Shown here piece after piece: positions 38,748 through 49,855 of a stretch of 64,000 nt of DNA. Under the pieces are notes generated by a model. The model was not told the origin of the DNA. It made no database searches and saw nothing but the letters and a program-made list of their open reading frames with translations. The stretch lies in NCBI GenBank assembly GCA_965153285.1, contig OZ229122.1; one strand, 5' to 3'. How positions within the stretch are numbered: position 1 is the first letter of the stretch; every line of letters starts with the position of its first letter. The position numbers and the translations under genes are program-made. This stretch comes from Podarcis tiliguerta. Its lineage: Eukaryota.

Positions 38748-39231
38748 ATGACTTCTGGAGTCACTGCAAGGCAGTTCAGCCACTTCAATTCTCACAAGAT
38801 GCATCAGAAGCAGCATGAAGGTCTCTTAAAGAGAATGTATATGCCTTTTGTGAGAGGACCTGAAGACAGACACTTTTTTACCAGTTTCCACGACAAATGC
38901 AGTAATGCTTTTCTCAAATCCAATCCATTCATTCGACCTGAAGATAAATCCTACCTTTTAGCTCCACATCGGGATGATCTGCCAATAATTAACCCTAGTT
39001 CAGGATTTGTGAGCCCAGGAGGTGCAGTTGAAGCTAACCAAATCATGTACAGCAAAAACAAGGAACCCCTGGGGAATGGTAAAGATGTGCAGCCTCCACC
39101 GTCGGCCCCCTTCCCACATACGACACACCAGCCTGCAAACAGAAGACTCTCGGTATTGGAAGAGATAAAGCAGGACCAGCAGTGGAACTCAAGAGCAGTG
39201 CCAGATATTTCTCTCAGGTCCAAACTTGGAG
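38748..39231 (+). CDS. SPATA48: SPATA48 (C7orf72) first coding exon
   Basis: ORF 38748..; LLKRMYMPFVRG, SGFVSPGG and WNSRAVPDISLRSKLGG resemble SPATA48; GT donor at 39232, phase 1. Confidence 0.9.
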
Positions 39232-41486
39232 GTACATGGTGCTATCTTTTACTGTTCTCATTGTATTCACTATATTGTCTGATGAAAGGACACAAGGTGC
39301 ATAAATGATGTCCCTTGAAGTGCCAAAATGCATGCTATGCAGAGTTTTATTTAACTTTCCCCCTAGTGAATGAAAAAGTTGCAGTGCTGAAGGAGAACAG
39401 GTGAGGGGAATGGGTTGTTTAACCTTTTCTCTGCTGACCATGGTTCTACTTAAGTTCAGTTGGCAGGGCGTTTGCAGGGGCAAAATCTGTTTCCTCCCTG
39501 CAGTACTGGGTTTATCAAATGTAGAGGGCGGACTTAACCCTCACTCAGACAGGGTTCTGGGTGCACCCTTTTGGTTTCTTCCATGCAGTATGAGTAAATG
39601 CTGTCATGCACTTCAAAGGGGGAAAGTGGAGTACTGCATTTGAGGACACTGTTCTATGGAGAGCAAATGCACGCATCCCTCTCCTGATCCTGAATAATCT
39701 CTCCTCCACTGACAGAGACAACAAGTTGTCGCTGCAATATACAGGCACATTTCCCACTCCCCACTCCTTCGTGATAGACTGCTTCTGTTGCTGCAATTTT
39801 TATTTCCTGATTTATTTTTATATTGTTTGATATTTTGTGGTTGCAAGCTACCTTGACTTATTTTATAAAGAAAGTAGGTAGAAATCTTAAGTTTTTAAAA
39901 CAAATAAATTTAAATATTGATAGGTGGTTTGTTAGCTATAACATAAGAATATATAAGATGAGATATGGCTTGCCTGTCCAAACAACTCAGATCATGTAAC
40001 TGTTTGCTAAAGTATACGTTGTGTTGTTCCAAAGGCTCACTAATCTAAAGCAGAAGAGAGCTGGTGGTTCATTTTCAATCTAAGAGGCTAAATTTAATTT
40101 CAAGTCCCACCTCTGCCATGGATTCATTATGTGGCCTTGGTTAAATCACCGCACTTCAGCCTCAGATCACATCCACACCACACATTGAAAGGACTCTGTC
40201 ATTGCTTCCCCCAAAGGATCATGGGAACTAGTTCAAGGTTCCAACAATGCTTAGCACCTGTTACAAACTACAGTTCCCAGGATTCTTTGTGGGAAGCTGA
40301 AGGGAGGGTATAAGAGTTCTTTAAATGTATGGTGTGGATGTAACCTATATCTGTGGGAGGGAAATAAAAAGGAACTATATGTACTTCATGGGAGAGTTTG
40401 AAGAACAAACACAGAAAAAACTGTAAAACATCAAATTTAAAATGTTATATAAATTATATTAAAAGGGGGAGCAGCAGTAAAGAAAATGGCACCCTATTGG
40501 GCCTGGTAAACATAAGCAATTGGCTCTCTGGGTCACAACCTCCAGCCTCCTGTCTGCTTCCTGACAGCAGCTCACTGTCTCTTTTGTCTCTAGATCCAGG
40601 GACGAAACTAGGCTTTATTTTAACCGGGCCAAAGACCCAGTTTGGCCCACCCACCCACTCACATTTGTGTACACACCCACCCACCCAGGCTGGGAGCTCA
40701 ATGGGGCTGCTTTAGAGGCTTCACCCAGGGCAAAAAAACCCAGCTCCACCCCCCCCCCCCCGGTTAAGGCACTGTCTAGCTCTCTAGATCCCAAACAAAC
40801 TTCCTTCTTAACCCCTTTTTTCTTCAACCCTGCACCCACTGCCCCATTTCCTTGGATCTTTATTCCTTGATGGCTCTTCCCGAACTCTGCCCACCATACC
40901 ATGTCTTCCTTTGTGTGCCCCCCCGTTTCCTGTCATGCAGCCCCTCCTGACATTATGCGTCTCCGCAGCTCACGCACATTATTAAGTGCTCATTTTGTCA
41001 AGCCCTTTGTTTCTCCTCCATCTGCCCTTCCTTCAGGTTCTTGCTTCTCAGTACCTGCTCTGCCCCTTCCTTCAATTACTCTGCCTCGTTGTTACCTGGC
41101 TCTTAGGTTCCCCAGCATCTTGGGACCACTTTCTCACTGTGTCTGCTAGCCACTGATTTCACTCTCTCTTTTGACCTATAGTGCTCCTTCAGGGTTTTCT
41201 GTGGTATTTTCTCAGCCAAACTCAAAATTCACTTCAACTCATTGAAGTGGACTGCGGCAACCATTCAGTTGTTGATATCATCCCTCATTAGAAAGTATGT
41301 TTGCAAGCATTTCATGGTATAACTTTAGTTTGGCAAATTACTGCCATAGACTGCATTGTTTCCACCACAGTCATCATAAAATCATTTAAGTTAGTTAACA
41401 TAGCAATATAAGAGTTATTTAACTTAGTTGTAATCTTTAATACTGTAGTAGGCTGCATAGAACAAGAAATTCAACATTTTTTTCAG

Positions 41487-41584
41487 GATGGACAAGTCCA
41501 GTAAAAGTTATACCTGCTCCACCTAAAGTCAAAGGAAATTTTTCACCTCATACATTTGCATTTCATGTGGACCCAGACATTAAG
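41487..41584 (+). CDS. SPATA48: SPATA48 coding exon 2 (GWTSPVKVIP...DPDIK)
   Basis: TTTTCAG acceptor, GTATTT donor, phase 1-0; GWTSP.KV motif. Confidence 0.9.
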
Positions 41585-42144
41585 GTATTTTTGTTTCCCG
41601 CTATTGATTTTGTTGTTGGTATAAACCTGGAACATATTTTCAAATTAATACTAGTCCAACAGGCATCTTAAATCTAGGGGGCCGAGGTGTCTTCAGCCCC
41701 CTCTCTATTTGTTAGAAAGGGGCTGGGCCTCCTCAGTGTTGAGAGGGTGTGTTGCAGCTTCAGCAGCTGGCTCCTCCAGAGTGCTCAGCCTCCTCCAGAC
41801 GATGTGCGGTTGTCTGTGTGGGGCGTCATTCACATGTGGCACGCGATGGGCCCCCTCAATTGTAGGGGCAACCTGGCACCTCTGTAGTCCAGCTACCTGC
41901 AATGCAGTATCTTTAGCCCAGCGTGGGGCTCGAATCCATGCTCCTGACATTAAGAGTCTCATGCTCTATTGAATAAGCCACTCTGAACATTTTAGGCTGC
42001 TCTAAAGGTGCAGGAGTAGGAAAAGGGGTGGCAATCTTATGCTTGTGTGCTTGAGACATTACACAGCTTGGAAAACTATTCAGTTAAAGGACTAATCCCT
42101 GCATTATCTTTTATGATTTCTCTTCATCATGGTTTCTTACGAAG

Positions 42145-42218
42145 TCAAGTGATCCGTCCTCTGAAGCCTTCAGAGATGAGAAAGCGCGGAAGTATATGTA
42201 TACCTCAATGGCTCAAAG
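42145..42218 (+). CDS. SPATA48: SPATA48 coding exon 3 (SSDPSSEAFRDEKARKYMYTSMAQR)
   Basis: AAG acceptor, AG|GTGAG donor, phase 0-2 links the flanking exons in frame. Confidence 0.8.
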
Positions 42219-43399
42219 GTGAGCTTCTGTTTCTGGTAAGGAAAGGATTCTTTAAACAGTTGGTGTTCACCTGGATGACAGGATGCTACGTAGGAGCTTT
42301 CGGTTGAACCCCTCCTTTAGGTCTCACTTTGTTTCTGTGATTGTAAGTTGTTTTAAACTGTTTTTAATATTACATTTCAATGATATAGCCTGCCCTGGAA
42401 CATTACAGTCAAGTGAGGGTAAATAATAATAATAATACAAGTTGACATGCTTCTTTTCCAAAGATTAGCCATCAGATAGGGGAGAGCTTGTGAAGGGTTT
42501 TTTATTTAAAAAAAAATTCATGGAAGAACATTCAGTCATATGTATCCCCACTTGTAATCTGAAATGCTACAGCTGAGAAATTTAGGGAAATGCTTCTTCA
42601 GCTCCCACTTCCAAGCTCTCTCCTACCTGATATATCTCAATATATCAATATATCTCAACTGAACTGAAGAAGGCATCCTGTTTCCCTTCCTTTCCCCCAA
42701 TGTTGTGCCCCACTTTCCTCCCCCCCCCTATTACTTTTCTTGCCACCACTGCCACATTGCCAACAATAGCACTCGTAGTTTCTCCAGTGCCTCAGTAACG
42801 CAGGACGGGATCTTTCCTCAGAGCCAACCATTCTGGATGGGGTGGGCAAGGGAAGGCTGTTTAGACTTAGAGGGGTGGAATAAAATAGCCTTTTCTGCTG
42901 CAGTAAACTCTGCCAGCACCCGCACCCTTCCTCAGAGCAACGTAGGGAGAAGAAGAGAAAGGGGCAGCAGAAACCATTCCTTCCACAGGTAGGGGGGTGA
43001 ACAGGTGACTGTGCCCGCAGCAGGGAGAGATGGGGGGCCAGGGGGCATGCCAGTTCACCCTTCCCCTTTGCCCACTGCTTGAGGCAATTGTCTCATTCCA
43101 CTGCATGAGTGGGCTGACTCTGCCTGCACATAAGAAATTGGAGGTCAGGGACAATAATTTTTGCCGAAATTTCTTCATGACATGCTAGTTTCCTGTGTGG
43201 AAGGATTTGGGTTTTGCTTTTGAGTGCGAGACCTGCAGTCTGGAGTGATGCAAGCCAGACACAGGTTTACCACCTCGGTGAATATTAGGCCTAAAACAAA
43301 GATCTGTTGGGATATTTTAGAGCCATTCAGGTACACATGGCCATGTCATTGATCTGAAGGTATAAGATGATGGTTATTGTTTATTAAATTTGTTAGACA

Positions 43400-44220
43400 T
43401 AACATTCAAATGTCAGAATGAGAAAAACTTGGGAAAAATGATTTGAAATTTACAGCTTGTACACTAATTAAATAAAATTTTATGAAAATGATGTACAGGT
43501 GGTATCTAACACCAGTTAAATTAGCACAAATGTATAAATCAAGAGAATACAAATGTTGGAAATGTAAAGAGCTAGAAGGTATGTTTTATCATATGTGGTG
43601 GCAATGTAAAGTTATAAAAAAAATGGGAAATGATATATAAGGAACTGGAAAAAAATGTTTAAAATAACCTTTGTTTAAAAGCCTGAAGCCTTTTTATTAG
43701 GAATTACAGGAAAGCAGATACCAATATATATATATATATAAATCTTTTTATGTACGTGACTACAGTGGCACAAATATTGATAGCCCAATCTTGGAAAGAG
43801 GAAAAGATCCCCACAAAAAAAGACTGGCAAATTAAGTGAATGGAATACGCAGAAATGGCTAAATTAACAGAGAAACTTAGAAATCAAGACAATAACATTT
43901 TGAGATGAATGGGAAATCTTATTGCATATATATCAAAGCATTGTATACAAGTTGATACATTAGCAGGATTTTAAGAAACATTTGCATTATTATGATAAAA
44001 GATAGAACTGGAAACAAATAGATTAATAATATTACATAGACATGCATGAATTGATCATGAAACAATGGAACCATGGGAGGGGGTGGAGGGAAGTCAAGGG
44101 ATTTGAGAAATCCCACATCTGGATGTTTTATTGAATGTATAAACAGCATTGTGAATTTTGTTAATGTTTGTTTTAAGTGATGTTTATTATAATGAAAATC
44201 AATAAAAATATTATTAAAAA
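43400..44220 (+). mobile_element. Decayed L1 3' fragment, same family as 55680-56441
   Basis: [25 protein letters not shown] with frameshifts; AATAAA plus A-rich end. Confidence 0.85.
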
Positions 44221-45245
44221 ATTGTTAGTCGCTTTATCTTGTTCTTGTTCCCAAAGCCCCCTACAACCAAGTAGATATTCCATCATTCTGTGTGTTAACA
44301 TTAAGGCAAATAGACACTTAAACACCCATGTAAATGAAACTTGTGTTCAATGAAAACACAACTCTGTGTGCACCGAAAGTATAATATGCACTGAATGTCC
44401 CAATGCAATAGGTATTGCAAAATACCTATCAAAATAATATCCACACAAGGTATGTACAGTCACAAAGAACTTGAAAATATACATATGCAGGCATGCAAAT
44501 TGCAATGCAATATCACTGAGTTCAATAGTTCGACTCTGGTGTAACTCTAGATAAGACTGTGTACACGAGGGACTCCAGTTGACGAGACCTCCTGGGTGTG
44601 GTCTTTGTTTCGTAGGCCTTCTTCAGTTCAGTTGAGATATATTGATATATTGGGATATATTGATAAACATCAAGTCCGTGCCCACTATTGGGTCAGCTTT
44701 TGATGCCTGGGCGCTCAGCTCCTAGTGTTCAATCAGCAAAGATGCATTTACATCCTCCAAGCTACAGCCCATCCTAAATTACACTTTGGCTGTGAAGAGG
44801 CAGCGGAGGAGTCGCTCAGCATTTCATCCATGTGTGGCTTAGCTTGTTCTGTGAGGGAATAGGGACCTTTCTTAAGAAATAAAGTTAATAGTTTTGACTA
44901 TTAGATGTAAAAAGCCAAGAACTCACATGCTTCTGTCCTGGCTCTCTCCATGTATAATTTTATCATACATTATGGAGTATGCATATTGTATTCTGTGCTT
45001 CATAATACAGCCAGATTCCCCCCCCCCCATGAAATAAGCTCTTCCATCTTAGACACTTTTTCTGTGAACGTATAACATAACTAAGCCCCCTCTGCCCCCC
45101 TCCTTATATGCACAGCCAATGGCTCTTATGGAACCAGCATTACAAAATCTGTCCACCTTTGGGGGGGGTGGAAATCTGTGTTATTTATTTCACTGTCTAG
45201 CCACAACCACTGCTGTAAAACCTCTTTCCCTTCTTTTTAATGAAG

Positions 45246-45384
45246 AGCAAATGAAGACATTCCCTGGGATAGAATGTTGCCCCCCAAAGTCAAGCCTCCA
45301 GATTCGACATTAGAGCCAAGGGCTGATAGAGTCTCGCAGCGTTTTTCAATGAAGCAGTATGAACCAGAAGCAGAAACAAGCCAA
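45246..45384 (+). CDS. SPATA48: SPATA48 coding exon 4 (ANEDIPWDRMLPPK...ETSQ)
   Basis: ED.PWD.MLPPK motif; phase 2-0; GTCAGT donor. Confidence 0.92.
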
Positions 45385-45930
45385 GTCAGTGAACTTCATT
45401 TTAGCTTGTTTATGGGTTGTTGTTTAAATCATAGTCATAGATCAGTGGTAGAACACACACTTTTTATACAGGTCCCCCCCCCCCATGTTTAATCCCCTGG
45501 CTCCCCAGTTAAAAGGATCTCAAGTAGCAGAGCTGGGCAAGAACTCTACTGGAGACCCCCCAGAGCTGCTGCTAATCAGGAATGAACAGTATGAGGCTAG
45601 ATGGATGCTCTGACTAAGTATCAGGTAAGTTCACGTGTAATGTAGGAGAGCAATAGTTCCAACCGTAGATGCTGAGCTGCTCTGCATTTCCCTCCTGCTT
45701 GATTGTGGGTTGATGGCTCTGTTTAAATGCTGTCTCTTTTCATTATGTTTTTTGTAAGTATTTAGCTAAGTTGCCTTGGGGCTCATTTTTAGTGCTGAAA
45801 AGTGAGGAATGAATTAACCAGGCAAGAAATTGGGGACTGGGACAGGATTTTTCCATGTGGAATTTTTTTGTTTACTCTTTTATTAGTAACAAACTTAACA
45901 GAGAACTAAGAAAGGAAAGGAAAAAGGAAA

Positions 45931-45966
<36 letters not shown>

Positions 45967-46743
45967 AGGGGAAGTGTGTGAGGGAAAGCCCATAAGTTCA
46001 CATTATAAATACAATAACCAACCCATCCATCCATATTAATTTAAAAACATAAATCCATATGTGCTGCCCAGACAGGTATCCACATGAAGCTGACGTTCGT
46101 CTGCTCTTAATAGCTGCTCCGTGGGGGAAGCCTTCATGTAGGACTTAGATGAGAGGAGCTATAGTCATTTAAGAAGCCTTTATGTCACAATTAAAGGCAT
46201 CCTGTCCCATGGCAGATCAAACTACCTCAGTGCCAAAACAAGTTTTGTTCCATTCCTCTCATCCATCTTATTCCCACCATGCTCACTGGCTACAGCAAAG
46301 ACCTGCCATGGCATGGTGAAGGTCTTTGCTGTAGAAGTGAAGGTAGGTGTCATAACCTCACCCCTCTCCAGAAGCCATCTTGGTATATAAGCAAATATCT
46401 AAATGAACAAATAATAATCGTAAGAATTCGTGCCTGTGTTGTCTTTCTGTGACACTGAGCGAGCTTCTTGTGATACTTTTTACTCTTCCTGTTCAGAAAT
46501 GTGTGCTGAAATTGTGACCCAGGCATGTCCCAACATCTGCATCCCATGTACGTTCTCAATAAACTTCCAGTTCTTCTTGTCTGCCTGAGAGAGAATAACC
46601 AGCTACAATGTGCCAGACACTTTTCAGTACAGTACTGAAAATTCCTGTGGAGAATGCGATTATTCTTATTGTTACTGTGATTATTAGCAGTAACGGTGTT
46701 ATTCGCACAGGTGGTGATCCCAAAAACATTCTTATTGTTCCAG

Positions 46744-46811
46744 GTTGTTGGAAGCCTCTGGGACAGATTTCAAAGAAGAGCCTTCATATCACCGGACAAG
46801 CCAATTAATTT
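46744..46811 (+). CDS. SPATA48: SPATA48 coding exon 5 ([23 protein letters not shown])
   Basis: CAG/GTGAG sites; LWDRFQ.R.F..P.KPINF motif. Confidence 0.93.
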
Positions 46812-48417
46812 GTGAGCTTCATTGATTTCTATAGTTTGAAAATGTTTGTAGATTTTTAAAAATTATCTGTACTTTCTTTTATGGTTTCACATCATGGGAA
46901 TTTTAAAGTGACACGAAGCAAGATTTTTGCTGTACGCATATGTACAGTTGTTTTGGTGGCACTGAATTTGGGCTGGGAGAGAGAGTGCAACTGAGCTAGA
47001 CGGATCTTTGCTATGACCAGAAGTGCTTTTCTGTGTTTGTAAGGTGGAGCAGGGTGGTGGCAGGGAGCTCTGTCAGGGGCTGGGTCACTCTCTATTAGCC
47101 CCTGACAGAGAGGGACCAGCTGAGGTGGGAATAACTTATACTGCAACATTTGCTGCCAGCGACCTTGAAGGCCAAACTATTTTAGGGGTTGTATTTGGGG
47201 ATTTTTTAAAGGGGAATGCAGGGTACAAGGGCCTGATATGCTGGTTGCAGCAGAGGTGCTTTCCACTATGCCTGATTTTGCTATCCCCGTTACCCTTCCT
47301 CGCAAGAATCCATCTGCTCCCCAGCGCCACCTGGGAAAGGAGTTAATTCTCTCCCAGTACTGCTTCTGCAAAAGGACAGTTCAGATAATACTTGCACATT
47401 TGAAGAATGCACACACACACAGGATTGTGTGGACTAACTCCACCCCAGCTGTCAACTTGCCTAGTACAGGAGGTTGGTGAATCTTGCCCATTTCCGCCTC
47501 TCCCCGTTTCTCTTTTTTCCTAATCTTAAATTCAGTTCTCTACATTTCTGTAACAGTTTGTTTTTCGTTTCGGAAGGTGCAAATCAGGTTGATTCCCTTT
47601 ACGTGCAAGCTGAATTAAATCCTTTGTCCCTACTCTAGGCAGCTTAAGTTCCCCCCAGGCAGCATGGCTTCCTTAAACGTCAGCCACACCTATGACTCTT
47701 CTCATTGACTAAGAAGAATGGTATAAAGCCTCAGAGTTCTGTGATGAGGAGGAGGGACAGACTGACAAACAAACAAACAAACAAACAAACACACGGGAGT
47801 CAAATAGGTGTAACCATGTTTCTTTAGCACATAAACTTAAGAGCGATTAACAATCGCAATGCCCACCCTAACCAGTCCCAAACCCTGCAGGCAGGGGCAG
47901 CCTGTCCTGTTTCACCATCTGAGGCGAAATGGCAAATTGCTGCCTCCTTCACTGCCCCCGAAGCTTCACCTACCAGGCTTCTGGCAAGATCTCACAAGAG
48001 TTCTGTAATTCATTGCAAGATTCCACCCCCAGCCACTGCTACTGTGCAATTCTGCCGCCTGAGGAGCTGCCTCAGTCTGCCTTATGGGTGAGCTGGCCCT
48101 GCCCACATGAAACTTGGCAACAGCAAGTTTGTCGAGCTGATGAATAATGGCAGTTGGCTGCTGCTATAGTCATGTGACAGTCTGTGTCCCTGGTCCTTCT
48201 GTCCCAGGTCTTTCAGGCCACTAGAGTTTGCTTTCCTCCTTGTTCTCTCCTTTCTTCCTCAGATCTCTGTCTCCAGTTTCTTCAGTCTGCTTCTCTCCTT
48301 TACCAACTGCCCTTCCTTAACTGACTCTCCCTCTTTCCTCATTATGTCATTGCCTGACCCTTTGCAGAGCTGCATTCTAAGGAGCAAGCATCACAATGGA
48401 AGCTCTTCAAGACTTGC

Positions 48418-48418
48418 T

Positions 48419-48449
<31 letters not shown>

Positions 48450-48488
48450 CGCGCATGTGCGCACGCACATGCACATTCACATGCACAC
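48418..48488. repeat. (TG)n(CG)n alternating purine-pyrimidine tract
   Basis: Directly visible. Confidence 0.9.
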
Positions 48489-48792
48489 TTTAAGTGAAGT
48501 CTGGTGATCCAGGGCAAGCTGGTGGTGCAAAAGGCACCAGGTGGCAAGGCTAGAATCTGCAGGACCCAGCCGGTCAGGCAATGGTATCACCCTAAGTGTT
48601 GGAAACCCAGAATTAAAGTTTTAACTACCTACCAAGACTGAACTAGGACCCTGCGTCCACTATGTGCTCTTAAAAATATACATGCCATTGTAAATTGTCT
48701 GAAAGTTGTCACATCTGATAACATACCAAATATTGATTGTACATTAGTAGGGAATAAGTTAACCAATTTAATGTGCCTTTCATCTTTAACAG

Positions 48793-48834
48793 TGTTAGTC
48801 CTTCCTCTCGAACTCAACATCTCCCTTTATACAC
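48793..48834 (+). CDS. SPATA48: SPATA48 coding exon 6, 42 bp (VSPSSRTQHLPLYT)
   Basis: CAG/GTAAGT sites, phase 2-2; VS.SSR...PLYT motif. Confidence 0.9.
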
Positions 48835-48937
48835 GTAAGTAAAAGTTGTTATGTGAAGATATATCTTTTCTCTTAAGTAGGGAATTTGTTCGTGCAAAAA
48901 GAGACAAAGCCACGCAGTCTGTTTGCATAAGTGCTCC

Positions 48938-48999
48938 TTGGTCCTATGGATGCCGTTGACTCCTGTCTTCTGATTTACAATGGCATCCATAGATCAAGG
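48938..48999 (+). ncRNA. Candidate intronic pre-miRNA hairpin (unnamed)
   Basis: 30-bp stem, 19-nt loop, basal UG at -14, CNNC at +17; see findings. Confidence 0.5.
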
Positions 49000-49709
49000 A
49001 GCACTTAAGCCTGAGCCACAGAGAAACAAAGCAAGAGCAGTAGGCAACGGATCACAGAAAGAGATTCCAAAAGTGAGGTGGAAATTCAACAATATGAGGA
49101 GTAATGTCATGAATCTGAGCTGAGGAGATAGCAGGACTCTGCACCAGAAGTAAGCCCAGTTGAGCTTGATGGGTCTACTCCCAGGTAAGTGTAGGAGTGC
49201 AGTCTTCTATAATGAGAAAATGGATGTTGTGTGAGTTCATAATATTAGAATTCAGAATCACCAGATAAATTAATTGGCAGGAGGACAGAAGAAAAATACA
49301 TGTATTTATTTAAAGCATTTTTAACCCACTCTACAACCAGAAATAAGGTGGTCAGACACGAAAGAATGCAGGGCTCTTGCACTTTTAATGGCGGTTTAGG
49401 GGAGAAAATTTCAGCAGCCATAGCTTGTTATTACATGTATAGCTACTGAAATTTCTTCTACACAAACATGCATCTTTTGCATCTAGTCACCCTAGCCATA
49501 AAATGTTTTCAGAATGGCTTACAAATGTCATTGATAAGAAAATCCTTGTCTTTAGACGTCCTGTCTCAAAATACATGACAGAAAGAAAAGGGATTGGGAA
49601 GGAGGAGGAAAAACCAAAATCGGGACTCATCAAAACTTCCTTTTCCGCTGCACTTCCGAGGCACAGGTCCATGCTTTAAAACTCCATGTCCGAGCAGTTA
49701 TTGTGTTTT

Positions 49710-49855
49710 GTTTTTGTCGTGGCACTTTCCCTGGGAAAACCTGCATTTTACAATTGAATTAGAGCAACCAGCAATCTGCAGAAAACCCCATTGGCATTTG
49801 CTCTGATTCAGTAGTAAAACGTGGGTTTTCCTGGGGAAAGTGCCAGGGCGAAAAG
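49710..49855. mobile_element. Palindromic MITE-like element (related copy ~35890-36025)
   Basis: TGGCACTTTCCCTGGGAAAACC...GGTTTTCCTGGGGAAAGTGCCA long imperfect inverted repeat. Confidence 0.6.

Noticed and set aside
48928-48935. TAAGTGCT, the miR-302/430 seed, at the hairpin base
   Set aside because: Falls in the lower stem that Drosha would remove under the motif-supported register; no homology claimed.
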